Source of the DNA: Histomonas meleagridis 2922-C6/04-290x
Lineage: Eukaryota; Protista; Parabasalia
Assembly: GCA_020184695.1 (NCBI GenBank)
Contig: JAANOX010000002.1
Location: 248,001-312,000, forward strand
Direction: 5' to 3'
DNA: 64,000 nucleotides
Shown: positions 1 through 12,124 of the stretch, piece after piece
Layout: each line of letters begins with the position of its first letter
Position numbering within the stretch: the first letter of the stretch is position 1
Translations under genes and position numbers: made by a program
The notes under the pieces: generated by a model
Database searches by the model: none
What the model saw: only the letters and a program-made list of their open reading frames with translations
What the model was told of the DNA's origin: nothing

Positions 1-2
1 AA

Positions 3-2780
3 ATATCAATATCACAATTTTGTTGGAATGCTCGTTGGCTTGAGCCTTTTGTTAATACTGGCTGTTTACAAGCTTGTATTACTATATATCAAGGAGCAGC
101 ATTTTCGTTAAATATTGATAAAACATCCAAAACTAACATTACATATATCCTAAAACGTTCTGTTTCTAATCCAGGAACACGATATGCAGCTCGTGGAATA
201 AATTCTAATGTTGATCCTGCTAATGAATGTGAATGTACCTTAATTTTCAAAAACAACGATACTTATTCCTCTTGTTCTTGGAGGCGTGGTAGTTCACCTG
301 TTAAATGGAAAACCATTTTAAACAGCTCATTTAGTTCTGCTAAGCATATAGTTGAAGAAGGTTCGTTCGAACAGACCCCTCAATATTTTTCAAAGCTTTT
401 TGATCGTTTTTCCATAGAAAAAATTCATGTTGTTTCATTACTTCATGATGATCAAGAGCATGGTGAATATGATTTATTAAGTTCATATCGTGAAGGCGTT
501 AAGAAGACGTCTGAAATTATCCAAAACAAGACCATTGAATTTCATCAATTTGATATTAATAAGTATTTAAAAACCGATGAAAAAAATGTATTAAATATTT
601 TTCTTCATGAAATCAAATCGGACATAAATTCCACCACATTTACTATATTAGATACGACCACATATAATATCACGTCGACACAAAACATATTATTTCGCTT
701 TAATTGCGCTGATTCATTAGATCGAACGAACTTAGCGACTTTTTATTATGCGTTAATCATCACATCGAAGTATTCATATGACAACAAACTCTTCCAACGA
801 AATCACACTCAAAATGATTGGACGAATCCGATTGAATATTTATCGCAAAATGTCATTGATTTCCTCGGTAACATATTTATTATCTCTGGCGACATTGTGT
901 CATTATTATACACTAACACATGCGCAATTAAGACGAGTTACATCCGCCAGTTATTAAGTAATAACATCAACAACAAAAACGACATTACGATATCATTACA
1001 AAGGCGTTTTAGTAATGTTTTTTCAGATCCGCAACGACAAAAAGTCATTGAACAATGGACAAATGTTAAGAAGGTCAAAAACAAGTTTATCCTTGATGAC
1101 ATTCATATTATAAGTTTTCCTTGTATATGGACAAACAAATATATTAATGTAATATCGAACTTAAATCAAAAGTTTTTATGTAATAACGAAAAGAATGAGT
1201 TATGTTTAATGTTTGTTGAATATTTTTTGGTTTCTTCTTTGTGTATTTATTTGGTTCCTCAAAAGGATAAAAATGTTTATATATGTTTAACTGTTTATTG
1301 TGGTAATTCATTAAATGAATTGAAGAAGTTCATTAAAATTAAATTACCAAATGTGAATAAAGCAAATTATGTGAAATATGATTTGGATCAATTACGAAAT
1401 GTTTCGTTAATTCCTTTAAATCCTTTTGCATTCGAACCTTGTAAATTTATAAAGTTAAAATTCGAAGCAAATAAAAACGAATTCGGAATTGGTAATGTGA
1501 AAATAGAAGTGAAAAAACCGAATTTAACAAATGATAAATTTAAATTTTATATAAAGAAAAATGATTTAAATGAAAATGTGTTAAAGAAATTGAATGAAAA
1601 AGTTATAAAAAATAATGAAAATATTATGTTAAACAATTTGGAAAAATTGGAATTGTTTAGAATTAAATATGGAATTACTCAAAAGATATTTAATAATATG
1701 TTAATTAACTTAAACTTAAATCCTTATTTCTTTAGTTTAAAGGCTCAATTATTAAGTTATAAGTTAAATAACTCATTATGCCCTTTATGTAATAAACCTT
1801 TTGATGAAAATAACACACGTATATATTATAAATTCCATCCAACATTCCCTAATTTAATCATTAAAGAAGAATTAGAGTCAACAAAAACATTTCCAATTTG
1901 CTCAAATTGCGCTTTTGTTATCGAATCAAACAGCATCAAAGTTACTTCACTAGTGAATAATAACCGTTGTGTCAAAATTAACCGTCGCTTGGAAAAGAGA
2001 GAAGAAAATCGATATCAACATTACAAAGCAGGAGACATTTCTTTGTCTAAATTCGCAAAATTCTTTGATTTCCCTGAAGGGATTCCATGTGAGAAAATTA
2101 ATTCTGTTTTTAGTGAAGTATTTGGATCAATATTAGAATTTAATATTCAAAAAAATCAATGTGCTGAGTTCATTGTTTGTTTCCCTTCATATATATCGCC
2201 AACTGGTTTGACTTTATTGCTAAAAGATCCTGCTGACTTTGAACTTGAAATTATTAATATAGCTAATAAAGCAATACAATCACTTAAGAGAAAAACTCAA
2301 ACTCTCTATGAATATTCACTCGAAAGTGAAAAAACTCAAGTCCTTCTTTTAAGATTTAGAAACTTTGATGATCAAATTACTAAAATGTCAATAAGATTTA
2401 TCGACATCATTGGATGCTTCACAGATCCTCCAATAAATATAACACAAAATCTTAAAGAGTCACCAAATTTAGACATACGACAATTTCCACAATTTAATGA
2501 GACAAAAGGTTACTGGAATTCTGCGAAAAGAGTTCACTCGTTTACATTTGAGACAGATAAAATCCCCAAATTTATGGTCATTAAGACATTATTGCAAAGC
2601 ACGTTAATTGTATCTGATACCAAAAATGGAAAATGCGTTCGCATGACGAATCTGATACTTCCAAAGTGTGAAAGCGAATGTGAAATTGTATATAATTTGG
2701 AAGAGAATGACTTCGATGCTGTCGATTTGTATTATTTGGAAAAAACGCAAACTGAACCAATGAAAATTATGTTTTGTTAA
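3..2780 (+). CDS. SAC-domain phosphoinositide phosphatase, SAC9-like (5' end lies upstream of the window)
   Basis: Frame 3 appears open from the window start into the listed 897..2780 ORF. It encodes the SAC motifs KRSVSNPGTRYAARGIN and WRRGSSPV and the catalytic CX5RT motif FRFNCADSLDRTN (Cys codon 705-707). Confidence 0.85.
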   Translation: MSISQFCWNARWLEPFVNTGCLQACITIYQGAAFSLNIDKTSKTNITYILKRSVSNPGTRYAARGINSNVDPANECECTLIFKNNDTYSSCSWRRGSSPVKWKTILNSSFSSAKHIVEEGSFEQTPQYFSKLFDRFSIEKIHVVSLLHDDQEHGEYDLLSSYREGVKKTSEIIQNKTIEFHQFDINKYLKTDEKNVLNIFLHEIKSDINSTTFTILDTTTYNITSTQNILFRFNCADSLDRTNLATFYYALIITSKYSYDNKLFQRNHTQNDWTNPIEYLSQNVIDFLGNIFIISGDIVSLLYTNTCAIKTSYIRQLLSNNINNKNDITISLQRRFSNVFSDPQRQKVIEQWTNVKKVKNKFILDDIHIISFPCIWTNKYINVISNLNQKFLCNNEKNELCLMFVEYFLVSSLCIYLVPQKDKNVYICLTVYCGNSLNELKKFIKIKLPNVNKANYVKYDLDQLRNVSLIPLNPFAFEPCKFIKLKFEANKNEFGIGNVKIEVKKPNLTNDKFKFYIKKNDLNENVLKKLNEKVIKNNENIMLNNLEKLELFRIKYGITQKIFNNMLINLNLNPYFFSLKAQLLSYKLNNSLCPLCNKPFDENNTRIYYKFHPTFPNLIIKEELESTKTFPICSNCAFVIESNSIKVTSLVNNNRCVKINRRLEKREENRYQHYKAGDISLSKFAKFFDFPEGIPCEKINSVFSEVFGSILEFNIQKNQCAEFIVCFPSYISPTGLTLLLKDPADFELEIINIANKAIQSLKRKTQTLYEYSLESEKTQVLLLRFRNFDDQITKMSIRFIDIIGCFTDPPINITQNLKESPNLDIRQFPQFNETKGYWNSAKRVHSFTFETDKIPKFMVIKTLLQSTLIVSDTKNGKCVRMTNLILPKCESECEIVYNLEENDFDAVDLYYLEKTQTEPMKIMFC

Positions 2781-2862
2781 TAAATAATTTGTTTTTAATG
2801 AAATTGTTTTTATTTAAATAAATTAATAATTATTAATAAAAAAGATATTCATAAACGCTCAT

Positions 2863-3960
2863 TTATACTATAATAGTAAATATGATTCCAACAAGAAACG
2901 AAATTAGGGCAAATGGTGCAACAAGAAATGACCTCATTCCATGACTGGTACTTTCTTCAATTTTAAAATGTAATAAATCATCATCTTCCAATTTGTAATT
3001 AATGTTACTTGGAATGGTTGACACATCGAGGTATGGCTTGTTAACATCAGTTGCAACTAGAGTCAAATTGAAATTTTGGACATTTCCCCAATCACCTTTG
3101 AAAGCAAATTGAAGTGATGACTTTCGATCACACTGATGCCTAAAATAATAGTAGATGTTAAATGAGCCGTTATAAATCTTTTCTGAAAGCATTATACTCG
3201 GATCATCAAAGTAAATTTTGAGCGATTTTGGCTGTGTAACTCCTTCTTGAAGAACCATTTCGATTGTTGTGGATTCATATACATATGGAGTAAGCATAAT
3301 TGAAATTTCATCTGAAATTTGCACTCCGTTTACTTCAACATAATCTTTATTAAATCGAATTTCACCAGTTATGGTGAAAGCACAAAAAATTCTTTTTGTT
3401 GTTTTAATTTGTGGGCTTTGAAGTATTTCTATATTTGGCGTAATAAGGTAATTTGCAATAACTTCACCTTTTGCATCAAGTGTGCACTTAGTAGTTGTAA
3501 AGCATTTCATGACAATTGTATTAAATTTTATGGGAGTCACAAAATTTACATTTGAAGAAATGTAAACATAAGGCAATGACTTAGAAACATCACGTATGCT
3601 TGAATTAATTTGTAAAATATCTCTTTTACTCTCTAACTTTAAAACTTGAATATATGCCTTCGCCAAATCAATATTAATTTTATTTGTATTATTAAAATCT
3701 ATTTCAACTACATTATAATTACTTGAAAGATCAGAGAGAATTTCAAAATTTGCTATTTTTGGATGAAATTCGTACTTGAAATTAGAAACAGCTTTAATTG
3801 CTTCATTACACATTTTTTGGAAATACTGATCATCTGGATAATGTCTTGCAACATCACGAAACATTTGTTCAATTGTTGTAAGAGTTCTGCTTTCTTCTGT
3901 GCCATAATATACTTTTTTATATGAAATACATGTAGAAGCATAAATCAATAATAACAGCAT
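2863..3960 (-). CDS. Hypothetical type I membrane protein
   Basis: 365-aa ORF with a hydrophobic N-terminus (MLLLLIYAST) and a C-terminal hydrophobic helix (FLVAPFALISFLVGIIFTIIV); no family recognised. Confidence 0.7.
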   Translation of the reverse strand: MLLLLIYASTCISYKKVYYGTEESRTLTTIEQMFRDVARHYPDDQYFQKMCNEAIKAVSNFKYEFHPKIANFEILSDLSSNYNVVEIDFNNTNKINIDLAKAYIQVLKLESKRDILQINSSIRDVSKSLPYVYISSNVNFVTPIKFNTIVMKCFTTTKCTLDAKGEVIANYLITPNIEILQSPQIKTTKRIFCAFTITGEIRFNKDYVEVNGVQISDEISIMLTPYVYESTTIEMVLQEGVTQPKSLKIYFDDPSIMLSEKIYNGSFNIYYYFRHQCDRKSSLQFAFKGDWGNVQNFNLTLVATDVNKPYLDVSTIPSNINYKLEDDDLLHFKIEESTSHGMRSFLVAPFALISFLVGIIFTIIV

Positions 3961-4524
3961 GTTAAAAAAATAATAAACATTTTATTAAACAATTAATAAA
4001 TATAAAACTTTACTCAGTAAAATAAACATTAAGTAAACATTTCAAAACTATTTTTTGGTCCATGTCTTTGTATCAGTTTATTAGCTAGCAACTGTTATTT
4101 ATTAAATTAATTTTTTCAATAATAATTCTTATAGTATAAGAAGAGAAAATAACAATTTTAATTCATCATATTCATTAAATCTTAACCATCTTATATAAAC
4201 TGAACACTTTACATAAATTTTAAGAATTATTTTCTATAAGCATTTACATAAATCACAATAATTTTTAATGTTAATCTTTTATTCATATTAACACAATGAA
4301 TTCTTATACAAAGAAAAATGATCTCCAAATCGTGCGAACATTTCCATTAACAATTTATTCAAAATATATAGCGTGGTCCAAAACCTTTTATCCTCATAGT
4401 CTTCTGCATCATGATGCATATTAATATTAAAATATGATTAAATATATATATATATAAATGCAACATTATTCTCATTATTAAATTGCCTTTTAATTTTATT
4501 TTCCTTTAAAAAATATATTTTTAT

Positions 4525-6186
4525 TTATATTGTATAAAATTCGGATTGCAATATCTTTCCATACACATCCGACCCCACCACTCTTTCCAGCGCTCCTTCG
4601 TCGAACTCCGTGAAGTAAAATGTTGCTGTACAATTTCCGGCCAATTCACCAACGAACTGTTGGAAAGTTGGCGGCTGTATGAACACTACTCGCTCTATTT
4701 GCCTGAGTTTCGGCCTATAGTGGAAGTAGAATCTTTCGGTCATCAGCATCACTGCGTTTTTGTCATCTCTGAACGCCCTTTTCATTCGTTTGTTATCTTC
4801 GTCTGTTGATTCGTCCGACAGCTCCAAGAATCCGATCATGTTATCTTCCAACATTTTTCTTGCTTGTAAGAATCGATAAGTCGAAACGAAATATACAATT
4901 GTTCTCTTTGCGACTTCTTCAGGTTCTGATCTCCATTGTTTAATCAAGAAAAATATCTTCTCTCGGAAACATCGTTCGATTGTATCGCCAATATTTTTTA
5001 TGTTTGCGCAACTTAAGCGCTTGAAGTTACGCTCTAATCCTGGTAATAATAATGGTGGATACTTCTTCGGACGTATTAATATTTGCCCGCGAATGTTTTC
5101 GAAGCGTGAAAACATATTATGGATTTCTGGTGTTAATACTGACGAATAAATTATGTTCTGTCGCATTTTATGTTGTTGCTTATCTGTGCAATATAAGCGT
5201 AAGTGTTTCCAATCGGTCTCAGTGACTTTCTGTGGTAATTTGTTGAGCATTGATATCAGTTGTAATAAGCGATCGCTGTTTTGCATCAATAAGACATCCA
5301 ATGAATCTAAAATTAAAACTTCAATGGAACTCATGAAATCCATGTCGTCGTGTAAAAATAACGAAAGTGATGAAGCTATTACAAGTTGTGACCTGGACAT
5401 TTGATGAAATAATTCAATTTTATGTTCGTGAAATCGAATGCCCATTTTAAACTCATTGCTATTATTACCGCCAAATGTTCGCAGCCAATCTTTGGGTTTT
5501 GTGCGTTGAATAAATTGCGGCAGTTCCTCAATAGTATATTCGTTTTGAAGTCGATCTAAATTTTGAATCTCAAACGGAGTACCATCTTCAGTAGTCTTGG
5601 GTAAAAAGTGGATAATGTCATTAATAAATTGATAAGCTTGATAACGCGTGGGACAAATGACTAAAACAGTTGTCATTGTATATGTGGTATCTCGAACATC
5701 GTCACGTGGTCGATGTTTCTTAATATAAAGATCACTATAAATATGATTGATAACATGGAGTACTGATGGATGACGATAATTCTCAAAATCGTCGCCAATA
5801 TAAAAAAAATCTCGATAATCAAAAAGTGAAGGAATGAAATCGTTTTTGAAAAATTCTTCGTTAGAATTTGGTTGAAGAGAATTGAATAGAAGTGGTTTTT
5901 CTTTTGGTATGGTGCTTGATGTTGAAAGTACTATTTTTTGCTCGTGTTGATAAATAACAGGTTCTGGTTTAGGAGCGTTAAAATCATGATTTTCAGCATT
6001 AAACCAGTCATTGAAATTAATGGGTGAACCTGAGAAATTTATATTGGGAAGATTAGAATATACTTCTTCTTCATCTTCAACAATAACATCAGGTTCGTTT
6101 GAAACCCCGCCTTGATCATTAGGTTCCTCGACAACAATTTGACTTAATAATGCTAAAAAATCTGATGCTGTCCTTTTCTTGGTCAT
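4525..6186 (-). CDS. UTP25: U3 snoRNA-associated protein 25 (DEF/DUF1253, inactive DEAD-box-like fold)
   Basis: Motifs RPRDD..YT.TTVLVICPTR, FGGNNSNEFKMGI, SQLVIASSLSL, DFMSSIEVLILD..DVLLMQN and TERFYFHYR match the Utp25 family. Probable start MTKKR at 6186. Confidence 0.85.
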   Translation of the reverse strand: MTKKRTASDFLALLSQIVVEEPNDQGGVSNEPDVIVEDEEEVYSNLPNINFSGSPINFNDWFNAENHDFNAPKPEPVIYQHEQKIVLSTSSTIPKEKPLLFNSLQPNSNEEFFKNDFIPSLFDYRDFFYIGDDFENYRHPSVLHVINHIYSDLYIKKHRPRDDVRDTTYTMTTVLVICPTRYQAYQFINDIIHFLPKTTEDGTPFEIQNLDRLQNEYTIEELPQFIQRTKPKDWLRTFGGNNSNEFKMGIRFHEHKIELFHQMSRSQLVIASSLSLFLHDDMDFMSSIEVLILDSLDVLLMQNSDRLLQLISMLNKLPQKVTETDWKHLRLYCTDKQQHKMRQNIIYSSVLTPEIHNMFSRFENIRGQILIRPKKYPPLLLPGLERNFKRLSCANIKNIGDTIERCFREKIFFLIKQWRSEPEEVAKRTIVYFVSTYRFLQARKMLEDNMIGFLELSDESTDEDNKRMKRAFRDDKNAVMLMTERFYFHYRPKLRQIERVVFIQPPTFQQFVGELAGNCTATFYFTEFDEGALERVVGSDVYGKILQSEFYTI

Positions 6187-6899
6187 ACACAAAATTACAC
6201 ACCAAAATAAACGGTCAAGGATGATTTCTTTATATAATGAATTCTTAATAGCTTCGACCAATAAATGACAATGTGATTTTTCAGATCAGTTGATGTTATA
6301 TGAATAATGAAAAATTTAATTTAAATTTATTTTTATTCTTAATATTTATTATATCAGATTATGAACCAATTAGGTTCCACACAATTGTTAATGCGCTAAT
6401 TTCCAGTGACCAGTCAAAATGTTTTAATCGAAATATCGAAATCGAATCACAACCAGTGATATTAGCAACCCATAATTTTTTCAAGCACACGTGTGTCATC
6501 TTGTCTTGTATTTTTTGTTTTCGAATTATATTCTGATGGCGTATTCTTCAACAACGAGGTTGCACAGTGCATTGATCAATCGCGGTTAATTTTACAGCAT
6601 TCAATTTGATTACAAATATTTCAAATACTAGTCATAATTATTTATATCGTTGTGAAGGCGTAGGTTATCACAGTCAAACTCTACATTGTTTCAGTTTTTT
6701 GAATACCCTATTAATTCGCACGGTGAATTTAAACACAAACAATAACTGTCGTCATAAAAAGACAATAACTATTCAATTTTGATTGAATTTTGTGTCATTC
6801 AATCTGATCGAGTTTTTCACTGAACTGTAAAAATCTGGTGTTGATTTGACATTTTGAACTTACTAATTTGTGATAAACCCCCACAATCTGTCATTTTGA

Positions 6900-9089
6900 A
6901 TGATGTTGTTTTTGATTCTTGTTTCTACAACAATCTCTTCGAGTCAATTCACTTATTTCGGAGGTAATCAAACACTTCAAATAAAAACCGAAATTGGTGA
7001 AATAAATAATTATAAAAAAATCACAAAACACCTTGAAATTCAAAGTGGTGTTAAATTTATTCCAAATTATGGATTTACTCATTGGAATTCACTTACAGAA
7101 GTAAGCATTGGGGATACAGTCAATTTTATTGGGGACTATGCATTCTCTTTTTGTTTTACAATTGTCTAAAGTTGTTCTTGGACTAAATGTCAATCAAATC
7201 GGCAAATATGCATTTTCATCATGTTCTAGTTTCCCTACAGTCCTACTCAGTGAGAACCTCAAACGCTTTGGAGATTTTTCGTAATTGTCCCTTTACTTCA
7301 AACGTCAACGAACAAAATTTCACGTGATTTAATTATTAATTATGATTATTTGCCTCAAGGATTTATTATTTCACATACTCACACCGTTTCTAATACCAAC
7401 TCGCCTTCATATACATTAACGATATCGCCTTCATTAACAGAATCACCAACACATTCAGCATCAATGACACGAGTTCCTGCGAATTCTACGACATATTCAA
7501 GTACATTAATGTCTTCTAACACACATGTCATCACAACTATTTCTACTCCATCAATTACTGTTTCTTTGTCAAATACATTTTCACCTACAAGATCAAGCAC
7601 ATTTTCACCAACGAAATCACCATCACTAACATTAGCACCATCATACACAGATGTAAATTCAAAAACACTTAAAACTTCATATACAACAGTATCTTCATAC
7701 ACAGATTCATATATTTCTGTAACTTCATATACTTCTACACTTACAGTTTCTCAGTCTTTATCACTGAAAGATACACAGACGCCTGTATTAACAGATTCTT
7801 CATATCTAAAAGTTGAAACTGTCACATCAAGCACTATTATCGATTCAATGACATCTGCATTATCACCTGTTTATCACTCTTCGATAACTCAGATCTATAC
7901 ATTGACAGATATACCAATAAGTTCATATAGAACAAAAACAGTAACCGTAACATTAACCAGAACTGGATGGTGGCCTTTTGAAGAAGAAGTCACGAAATCT
8001 AAAACAACTTCAACAGAAGTTATAGTTTATTCACAAACACATGTTTTAGTTAATTCAAACACATTTTCTATTTCCTCAACACTTACACAAACACTTACTA
8101 AAACTGAGTCTCCAACATTATCATTCTCCAGTACTTATATTTCAACAAGTTCCGCAACCATGTCAGACACAAAGACTTACACTATAACATATGTTCCATC
8201 ATCATCTGACACAGCAACAATAGTTTCATCACTAACTTCTTCAATTACATCTGTTAACTCACAAACACTAATGCTCTCTCCGACATTATCATCATCTCTA
8301 ATCGATGTGCCTTCTACAATAATAGTTGATACATTTACACTTGTTTCAACAAATTCACCCACAATTTCTCAAACATACGTAAACTCTCCCACAGTATCTC
8401 CAACTCCATCGTATACACTGTCTATAACGAATTCTTCTTCACCGACATTTTCACTCACTATTGAAAATTCGACATCATTTACACAAACTTTTTCATTGAC
8501 TCTTTCTAACATTTCCACACTTTCGCCTTCGTTAACGATTACGAACTCAAAAACTATATCGCATTCTATCACCGAATCATATTTGCCCACAAATTTAACA
8601 GTATCATTAACATATTCATATCTCATAGTCCTTTCTGAAACCATTCAACAAAGTGTTACATTAATTGGTTCAATCATTGAAACATTAATACAAGAAAACA
8701 TTGATGGAGAAGAAACATATGTCACGACAAAATCTGTTATATATAACACAGCAATTTTTAGAACAAGTTTCGTATGTTTATTCATATTCAAATTATATTT
8801 TTCATTCCATATTTATGAAGCACAAACAGAAGAAGGAAGTAATAACTCCACTACTTATATCATTGTTGGAGTTGTTATTGGCGTCATAGTTATTGCTGCG
8901 ATTGTTGTTGGAGTTACATTATATGTTAAAAAGAGGAATAATAATAAATTGAATGAAAGTAACGACGAACCATTTGAATATGCTAAAGAAGAACCAGAAA
9001 TCGAGAAAGGAACTAACGAAACGACGACTACGAAGAACGAAGTTCAACTGGATGATGACAATAATGATATCGAAGAACTCTTTGTTTAA
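6900..9089 (+). pseudogene. BspA-LRR / Ser-Thr-rich membrane protein, copy 1 (frameshifted)
   Basis: Near-identical to 9881..12124 at both ends, but small indels near 7157, 7282, 7290, 8758 and 8797 break the frame, giving a TAA at 7167-7169. Assembly error is not excluded. Confidence 0.7.
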
Positions 9090-9880
9090 AGGACATCCCT
9101 TTCTCATATCGACACATATTATACCATATTATTTATTATTTAGAAGGTATAAAGTTGATATCATTTTCATTAAGGTGTTTCTTGGTGATATCTTCTTCAT
9201 TGTTGTTAGCCAATAAATTTTCACAGCTGTTCAAATTTAACCGTTAAATTTCATTTCACATTGCACTGTGTTCAACTGGTCGACGGTTTGCTTTTAGGCG
9301 TGTTAAAATTTCAAACCGCCTGCAAATAACGAGTTTCGTATCAAAAAGTGGTGCGAATCCATCGTTTTCTTGCATAGTGCTGTGTTCAGTTTTGATATAC
9401 ACAAAACATAAAAACTCATTTGAGCATTTATTATAGATTCATAAGTATTCAGAGAAGCTATAACTCTGAGTTTTAATCTAAAAGTTAATTTTGATGAAAT
9501 ACTCAAACTCAAAAAGCTTTCGCTACAAACAGAATACAAACTCGAAGATACAATTGCGTGAGCATATTTAATGGCGTTTATTTATAATGATTCAGCTTGA
9601 GAATAATTCCTTTTCGCCTCAACGTTAGGACAAATTCATCGGAACTACTCTTTCAAATTTTGAGAGAAACAAAAGGTTTTTAACCAAACAATACTTAAAT
9701 AAACAATTGAAAAACTCAATTATATGTTATCGGAAGTGTCGGTTTCAGTTTTTCTGGCTCGTTCATAATCGAGTATAGTTCCAAAATTGAAAAAATATCG
9801 ACTTTTTGAACACTCACGAAGGCTAATTGTCAGAAGAAGATGCTTTTGTAATAAACCCCCATAAATTGTCATCCTGACAA

Positions 9881-12124
9881 ATGCTGTTTTCGATCCTTTT
9901 TTCCACAGCAATCTCTTCGAGTCAATTCACTTATTTCGGAGGTAATCAAACACTTCAAATAAAAACCGAAATTGGTGAAATAAATAATTATAAAAAAATC
10001 ACAAAACACCTTGAAATTCAAAGTGGTGTTAAATTTATTCCAAATTATGGATTTACTCATTGGAATTCACTTACAGAAGTAAGCATTGGGGATACAGTCA
10101 ATTTTATTGGGGACTATGCATTCTCTTTTTGTTTAAATTTGTCTAAAGTTGTTCTTGGACTAAATGTCAATCAAATCGGCAAATATGCATTTTCATCATG
10201 TTCTAGTTTATCTACAGTCATACTCAGTGAGAACATCAAACGTTTTGGAGATTTTTCGTTTTTTAATTGTCCTTTACTTCAAACGTCAACGAACAAAATT
10301 TCACGTGATTTAATTATTAATTATGATTATTTGCCTCAAGGATTTATTATTTCACATACTCACACCGTTTCTAATACCAACTCGCCTTCATATACATTAA
10401 CGATATCGCCTTCATTAACAGAATCACCAACACATTCAGCATCAATGACACGAGTTCCTGCGAATTCTACGACATATTCAAGTACATTAGTGTCTTCTAA
10501 CACACATGTCATCACAACAACTATTACCCCATCACTCACACTACCAGAGATAAAAACAGATTCTTATACTCAGGTAAGTTCTATATCTCTCTCAAGCTCG
10601 CAAACATACACCAAATCAAACACAGATACATATTTAAGTTCACTCACATATATTTCATCACAAACGCTTATATCATCAAACACAGTTTCATTTATAAACT
10701 CAGATACTTATTCTTTATCCGACACAACATCTAAAACATCAACAATAAGTCTAACACAGAAATCCACAAAGACCAAAATACCAACTCAAACGATTATATA
10801 TACACAAGTTAAAACTAGCCAAATTACGGACACAACCACACAATCATATACCCAATCAATCACAAACGTTGAAGTTACAGTAAATTCCTGGACACTTTCA
10901 CTTTCACCTACACTTTCACCTTCATTTACACTTTCACCAACAGAGATTCTGATCGAGACAATAACAGACATCGGTGGTCCCCCACAACGCCCAGGAGGAC
11001 AAACAACAATTATTTCAACTTCATATGAAAATTCATTGACATATGTTGTATCATCCATGTGGACAAATAGTAAAACAATATCTGCTTCTTTATCACCTAA
11101 AACGACATCTTCATTAACAGATATTTCAACACAAACTTTAACATCTTTTAGTACAAAAAGTTCTTACCTCTCTTCTACATCGACATATACATCAACATTA
11201 ACAAGTTCAACAACAAAAACAAAAACATACGTTAAAACACAAACATATGAAATATCAACAACTTTATCACTTGTGAGTTCTGTAACATATATATATTCAA
11301 ATACATTTTCACTCTCAGATACATTTTCAACAAGTATAACTCAAACAGATTCACCTACATCAACTATTGTTGACACATATGTTTCTTCATTAACGTACAA
11401 GTATTCTTTTACACAGTCTGAATCATTTACAGTATCTTCAACCCAATCATATTCAATATCTATAACAAATTCTTCTTCACCGACATTTTCACTCACTATT
11501 GAAAATTCGACATCATTTACACAAACTTTTTCATTAACTCTTTCTAACATTTCCACACTTTCGCCTTCGTTAACGATTACGAACTCAAAAACTATATCGC
11601 ATTCTATCACCGAATCATATTTGCCCACAAATTTAACAGTATCATTAACATATTCATATCTCATAGTCCTTTCTGAAACCATTCAACAAAGTGTTACATT
11701 AATTGGTTCAATCATTGAAACATTAATACAAGAAAACATTGATGGAGAAGAAACATATGTCACGACAAAATCTGTTATATATAACACAGCAATTTTAGAA
11801 CAAGTTTCGTATGTTGATTCATATTCAAATTATTTTTCATTCCATATTTATGAAGCACAAACAGAAGAAGGAAGTAATAACTCCACTACTTATATCATTG
11901 TTGGAGTTGTTATTGGCGTCATAGTTATTGCTGCGATTGTTGTTGGAGTTACATTATATGTTAAAAAGAGGAATAATAATAAATTGAATGAAAGTAACGA
12001 CGAACCATTTGAATATGCTAAAGAAGAACCAGAAATCGAGAAAGGAACTAACGAAACGACGACTACGAAGAACGAAGTTCAACTGGATGATGACAATAAT
12101 GATATCGAAGAACTCTTTGTTTAA
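9881..12124 (+). CDS. Surface protein: signal peptide, short BspA-type LRR, long Ser/Thr-rich mucin-like stalk, TM helix, acidic tail (copy 2)
   Basis: 747-aa ORF with LRR_5-like units (VNFIGDYAFSFC, VNQIGKYAFSSC), a T/S-rich stalk and the TM segment YIIVGVVIGVIVIAAIVVGVTLYV followed by KKR. Confidence 0.85.
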   Translation: MLFSILFSTAISSSQFTYFGGNQTLQIKTEIGEINNYKKITKHLEIQSGVKFIPNYGFTHWNSLTEVSIGDTVNFIGDYAFSFCLNLSKVVLGLNVNQIGKYAFSSCSSLSTVILSENIKRFGDFSFFNCPLLQTSTNKISRDLIINYDYLPQGFIISHTHTVSNTNSPSYTLTISPSLTESPTHSASMTRVPANSTTYSSTLVSSNTHVITTTITPSLTLPEIKTDSYTQVSSISLSSSQTYTKSNTDTYLSSLTYISSQTLISSNTVSFINSDTYSLSDTTSKTSTISLTQKSTKTKIPTQTIIYTQVKTSQITDTTTQSYTQSITNVEVTVNSWTLSLSPTLSPSFTLSPTEILIETITDIGGPPQRPGGQTTIISTSYENSLTYVVSSMWTNSKTISASLSPKTTSSLTDISTQTLTSFSTKSSYLSSTSTYTSTLTSSTTKTKTYVKTQTYEISTTLSLVSSVTYIYSNTFSLSDTFSTSITQTDSPTSTIVDTYVSSLTYKYSFTQSESFTVSSTQSYSISITNSSSPTFSLTIENSTSFTQTFSLTLSNISTLSPSLTITNSKTISHSITESYLPTNLTVSLTYSYLIVLSETIQQSVTLIGSIIETLIQENIDGEETYVTTKSVIYNTAILEQVSYVDSYSNYFSFHIYEAQTEEGSNNSTTYIIVGVVIGVIVIAAIVVGVTLYVKKRNNNKLNESNDEPFEYAKEEPEIEKGTNETTTTKNEVQLDDDNNDIEELFV

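Noticed and set aside
9232-9250. Palindrome AAATTTAAC-C-GTTAAATTT between the duplicated surface genes
   Set aside because: It is short, AT-rich and expected by chance; no matching element was seen at the other end of the duplication.
7379-11682. Val/Glu-rich minus-strand ORFs opposite the Ser/Thr-rich genes (also 16089..16658, 41426..42052 and similar)
   Set aside because: These are antisense shadows of biased-codon genes with no independent motifs.
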